A DNA stretch of 54,927 nucleotides, filler included, from Sluysia triapertura (lineage: Eukaryota), in the NCBI GenBank assembly GCA_046118255.1. It is 4 parts of 4 records of this genome, joined end to end, with 100 filler letters (N's around TTAATTAATTAA, not from the genome) between each part and the next. Parts side by side here need not be neighbours in the genome. Positions count along the whole stretch, not along the records: positions 42,026 to 54,927 come from JBJNIA010073499.1; 3 more parts are not named here. One strand, written 5' to 3'. The first letter of the stretch is position 1, and every line of letters begins with the position of its first letter. A program made the position numbers and the translations under genes. The notes below the pieces were generated by a model. The model worked only from the letters and a program-made list of their open reading frames with translations. It was not told the origin of the DNA and did not search any database. Shown here piece after piece: positions 49,690 through 54,927 of the stretch.

Positions 49690-49868
49690 TAAATAATAAT
49701 TGTCATCATTTTAAAATATACATTTTTCTGAATTTAAATAAGTTTTTCCGTTGATAATTTTTAAATAAACAATAATTTGTCATCATTTTAAAATATACAG
49801 TTTTCTGAATTTAAATAAGTTTTTCCGTTGATAATTTTTAAATAAACAATAAGTTTCCGTTGATAATA
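49690..49868. repeat. Tandem duplication, about 77-bp unit x 2
   Basis: TTGTCATCATTTTAAAATATACA..TTTTCTGAATTTAAATAAGTTTTTCCGTTGATAATTTTTAAATAAACAATAA occurs twice. Confidence 0.85.
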
Positions 49869-52800
49869 ATGTATTTGTACTTTTAATATAATAAGGATTT
49901 GTAATTTTAATTAAATATTTTCAATAATTATTATAATAAAACTTTTAGATTAAAATAAAAATATTTACATATTTATTTATTTTTTTTTTACAAATGTATT
50001 TACATATTATTTTTCTTTATATTTACATTATTATTTTTCTATATACATAATCTTATTTTTCTTCGGATATATTATTTACAAGATCAACTTGAAGGATGGA
50101 ACATCTATTTGCATAGAATTTTCATTTTTTAGCAATTATCAAATACTTTATAAACAAAATATGGCTATTTCGACGCATTAATGGCAAACACTGCGATTTA
50201 AACTTTTATTTCTTTAATAATTGCTAAATTATTTTGATTAATTTGTTCTATCGTGGTTAGTAAAATCTTAAAATTTTATTGAGTTTATTGATTTGTTTGT
50301 ATTTTGGCACTATCTTTTAAATGGCACTTGTGATATTTGTGGTTCAAATGTTATATTTTAAAATATATTTAGTTTTATAAAGATACCGATTTATCTTCAC
50401 TCTAATAAAGTTAAATATTGGGATTTATTTAATTTTGTTAGAAAATAATTATTATAAATTTATTATAAGTCTGATCTATCTAAATATTTCTGATTTTCTC
50501 TAAAAGATTTTGTACATCAGAAATTTTGAAAACACTTAAAATATTTAAAATAAATAAAACACTTCAAATTTAAATTTAATGTTTACTAGATAAAGGACTT
50601 ATACTCTATCCAGTCATGTCAAAAATATATTTTCAAGTTTTAAATTTGAAGTATATTATTATTATTTAAAATTATTAGTACATATAGCTATTATGAATGT
50701 TTTATTTAACAAATTATACCTGATAAATTGACATGTCGCTTGATATAGTGCACCAATAAAAATATCCAATGTATAATAATAAAATAATCCATTTAATCAA
50801 TTTATTTGAATAAACATTAAATCCATTATATTGATTGCATTAATAGTATTTATTACTACATATCGTAATTATATTAAAATGACTAAGACTAAATAAATCA
50901 CAATTAGATTTTAAAATAAAGTTGGCATCAAATTTTTAAAATTACACTAAAAATCAAATTAAATAAATATTGATGATGATACCAAAGAATGAAAATATTA
51001 AATTTGAAAGCATTTTTCGTCTTTAATAATGATATCTGAATCTTATTGGAAATAGTTTTAATCTTTCTTTGTCTACATGTGCTTGATCTATTTCATTTAT
51101 TTATATATTATTGATCCATATGGATATGACTCATTACAAATTTGTGGAGCCACAGAAGAATTTTATTGATTTTGTAAATTTGATAACTGACTTTATTTCT
51201 ATGTTTAGATTCGTAAAACTATTCATTGTTACATAAGAATGTACGGTGACTTTTATAAATATTTAAACAAACTTTAAAACTGGATTCGTTGAAAGTTGAA
51301 AGTGGATTAGTCACATATATTTCATGTCAAAATCGACGCGTAGTGTTAAAAAATGCAAACATGGCTAAAAATTATTAACTATGTGGTTGTAACAATATAA
51401 CAGAATAAAAGTTTATTTATCAAACTTTTGCTGAAAAAAATAATATGTCGCTTTGGTAAAGCTTCATGAAGTTTTAAAGGATGAAATGTACAGAACAATC
51501 TCAATATTTCTTTGAATTTTTATTTAATATCAGTTGAATGGTATCTGTCATATATTATCCTTCGTTATGTTTTAGAAAAGACCTGCAGACATTGTTAGTT
51601 TAATCTGATTTTAAGAATTAATGTATATATCATGTATCTACACTCTTTTAGTGTCATTAGCGTTGTTTAATATGTTATCTTAATTTAGGAATCGGGTACG
51701 CATTGTTCTAAACGTATAATTCTGCTACAGTTTATAATGTGCCTTTATTACGCCCATAAAATTATGTTTTGAAAAGGTAGAAAATAGAAATGTGTGACAA
51801 TGGTGGCCTAAGTCAACATAATCACACTGAATGGTAAAATAATAATGAAATAAACATAACTAGTAATAATAATAAGTTAATAATACATGAAGGCTACCTG
51901 AAGTTGTAAATGAGTAAATGTGCACGAATTTGAACACTTAAGTAGTTATTCGATCTTAAATTAATTATTATTTAATTAAATTAATTGAAAAATCAGAGTT
52001 TTCGAAAATAATACTTAATTAAAATAATTATTTTAAATAAAGGTGCGATGTGACTGAGTCTGATCAAGGATTAAATTGTAGTAGGATGAGGTTCAACTTT
52101 AAATAAATAAATAAATAAAAATTAGATAATTAAATAAAATTTATACAGAAAGAATGCAACACAGATATATGAAATGAATTTTTGCAGTAAAATTTTGATA
52201 AATATTATAGTTCAGAAATAAAACCTTTATATATTTATATTAATTAATAATAAGAAATAAATATTTTAGTAAAAAGTACATATTGTTAAAGTCCATAGTA
52301 CAAATCATAAATACTTATAAATGCTATAATTAATACTATTATTTGAAGTGAAAAATAAATAATTTTTTTATTGTTGCACATAGCCTATAATTTTAATTTT
52401 TATTATTATTATTTTTGTAATTTTATTAATGAAAATTACAAAACAATGTAAGCATTTTTAAAATTTTTACTTTAGCAATTAAAATGTGTGTTGAATTAAT
52501 AAAAAAACGGTATAAATTTAGTAAAGTACCATCATTTTAACAATTATCATAAAGCTTGTTCATTAAACTCTTATTTCACCTTTATGAACTATTAAATACC
52601 AACAAAACAAGCCCGGAAATCTAAAACACAATCTACATTATCCTGAGACAACATGAATTTTCTTTGTTTCATTTTTCTTAAACCTTTCGTTACGGCTATA
52701 TTTCGCAAAATTGTACTCGCAAAAAATAATTTATATGTACCCATAATATTTCTGGGTTTTTTCTTAATTCAAAGGCCTGACTTACAGCAAAAATAAATTA

Positions 52801-54269
52801 TTATTCTGAGTACGTTTACAGTATATGACTTATTAATGGCGTACCTGTAAAATTACGTGAAAACAATTATTAAGATTAATCGTACAAAATTCTCTGTGCT
52901 TTAACTTCAATAATAATGGGTAAAATTGTTGTTTATGTCAACCAACAATAAATAACTTAAAAACTAATTAAGACAAAGGCTGGTGTATGGGATATTTGAA
53001 TTAATATAAAAATCAAACGAATATTTTTATAAAAATGTGTCTTTCCTTATCTCTTTATATTTTAATTTAATGACCGTTAGGACTTTTAGTTTTCCTCCTA
53101 AATTCAATGAAACACTATTGGAATTAATGTTTTGTCGTAGTGTAAGGTAACTATAAAATGGTAACATTAATATTATGAAATCATTTTAAAACAAGAATCA
53201 ATAACAATAATATAAAAGCAAACTTTAAGAACATAAAACTTGATCAAAATTATCTTAAAAACATGATTTAGAATATTACAATACATAAGATAAATTATAT
53301 TAAATTGAGATTAAATAGAATAAGTATATAATCAAAAATTAACAACATTATTCTGGATCAAAATTAACTTAAATTACGATTCAGATAAAATTATATGACT
53401 AGAAATAATTTATTATATAATGATAATTAATTATACTGTGAATGGATTATCGAATAGCTATTCTTACTGATGATTTTATACATAATTTAATTAATAATTT
53501 TGTGCTATAATTTTTATACGATAATTTCGTGATTAAATAGAAAATAATTTTATGACTGGAAATAATTAATAACTATTATAATTTTGCGAATAATTATTCT
53601 ATAATGGCAAGTGTATAAATACCGAAAATGATTTCAACTAGTAATAACGAAATATCTTTTAAAATATTCTAAAATATCTTTGATTTTCAATGACGTTGAT
53701 AATTTTGAAGAAGATATTATTAACTTACAACTACAACGCTGATAATTTTGAGAAAATACTGGAACATCTTTATAGTATTGATAATTCGGTGGACATTGAG
53801 ATTTTGTTATATTGTGGTAAGAATTATTTCTCGTTTAAAATAAAATTAATTTTATATTTTCTAAATATTAATTAAAATAAAATAAAAAATTTTATAGTAT
53901 TAATTCTATCAATTTTATTCATATAGTTTATTTTTATATTCTTTATTACCAGAGATTAAGAATACATACAACCACACTCAAATTGTTTTGAAGTATTATC
54001 AAATTTTATATATAATCAACAAATATATGGAGTAAAGACAAATAACAACAACGTACATCATATTGATAACTGAAAGCTTTTACATTAAAGCAATTTCTTA
54101 TATTTATATTTGGATAATTCATGATTTAATAATTTAATAAACATTTAAAAATTTTAAATTAAATGTAAATCAAGTTTCAATATTCATTCAAAATAGCATT
54201 GTCAAAATACAATTACTTTTCTGTTTTTTATTAATAAAATGCATTTATCATCATCAAATAAAATAATAA

Positions 54270-54522
54270 ATATGATTGCATTTGGTGAAATACACGATTT
54301 ATCATTCCAAGTTCCATCTGGATGAAATCGTCCATGTACGCAATCTTCATTTCCCAATTATTCGGTTCTACACAGAACCATTTTATAATTTTAGTATATT
54401 ATATATACTTACGTATATACAATATCAGTACCATCTACATACTTCCAATGACCTTCACTCACAATATCATTTGCATTTATCCATTAAGAACCATAATGTA
54501 AAGTAAATTGATATAGTTCATT
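54270..54522 (-). pseudogene. C-type lectin domain pseudogene (two decayed exons)
   Basis: Exon 54413-54522 (ttag|...|gtaagt) encodes NELYQFTLHYGS*WINANDIVSEGHWKYVDGTDIVY. The next part reads KWFCVEPNNW(frameshift)NEDCVHGRFHPDGTWNDKSCISPNAIIF. WIG-like, EG.W...DG, EPN, EDC and WND.SC motifs are all present, with a premature TAA, a 1-nt frameshift and no intact acceptor. Confidence 0.85.
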
Positions 54523-54659
54523 CTAAATATTGTGTATTTTGCATAATATTTTTAAAAATTGTTTAACATTTTCGTAATTAAATTAATTTTCTCTATCTTA
54601 TTTACTAATAATTTATTAGTATTAATTTGTTGTAAGTTGAACTGAAAATAATTTCATTT

Positions 54660-54927
54660 TTATGATAGTAGTATCTGAATTGATAAAATGGTTTGGAAAT
54701 AAATACTTGAAAATCAATGAAGAAAAGTCAGAATTTTTAATCTTCAGTAATAAAAATAGTGACAATGCCAAAATAAATGAAGCAAAGCAACAAAATAAGG
54801 TAGCAAGACACTAGATGCGAAGCAAATAGTACGAAATATAGGTTGTTATGTGGATTCAAAAATGAACATGGAAGAAAATATTAATTGTATTGTTAAAAAG
54901 TGTAAATATCAATTAAGTAAAATATCA
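54660..54927 (+). mobile_element. CR1/L2-type LINE RT fragment, cut by the window edge
   Basis: ELIKWFGNKYLKINEEKSEFLIF...VRNIGCYVDSKMNMEENINCIVKKCKYQLSKI matches W...N.LK.N..K(T/S)E.L.F ... V(R/K)NLG...D..L. Confidence 0.8.

Overview
Very AT-rich, repeat-laden metazoan genomic DNA, full of (AAT)n microsatellites, with GT-AG introns. The gene set and composition would fit an invertebrate such as a flatworm, but the species cannot be read from the sequence. Three identical 100-bp linkers (44N-TTAATTAATTAA-44N at 16918-17017, 30209-30308, 41926-42025) split the window into four segments that may not be adjacent in the genome. There is also one plain gap at 21625-21760. Segment 1 holds two spliced exons of an ADAMTS9/20 (GON-1)-type GON domain, an SCYL2 pseudogene and a divergent cyclin-box pseudogene. 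Segment 2 holds two in-phase exons of an RGS gene. Segment 3 holds three in-phase exons (Ig + FN3) of a nephrin/Sidestep-like cell-adhesion gene. Segment 4 holds a piggyBac transposase relic and a C-type lectin pseudogene. The rest is decayed mobile DNA (pogo/Tigger, Tc1, hAT and piggyBac MITEs, CR1/L2-type LINE ends with (ATT)n tails) and tandem arrays. The least explained signal is a homologous module of about 200 bp, made of CCAAT-like boxes plus a 19-bp-stem hairpin with a compensatory change. It lies 260-300 bp upstream of two apparently unrelated intronless orphan ORF cassettes on different segments. Family assignments come from manual translation and motif recognition only; no database searches were run.
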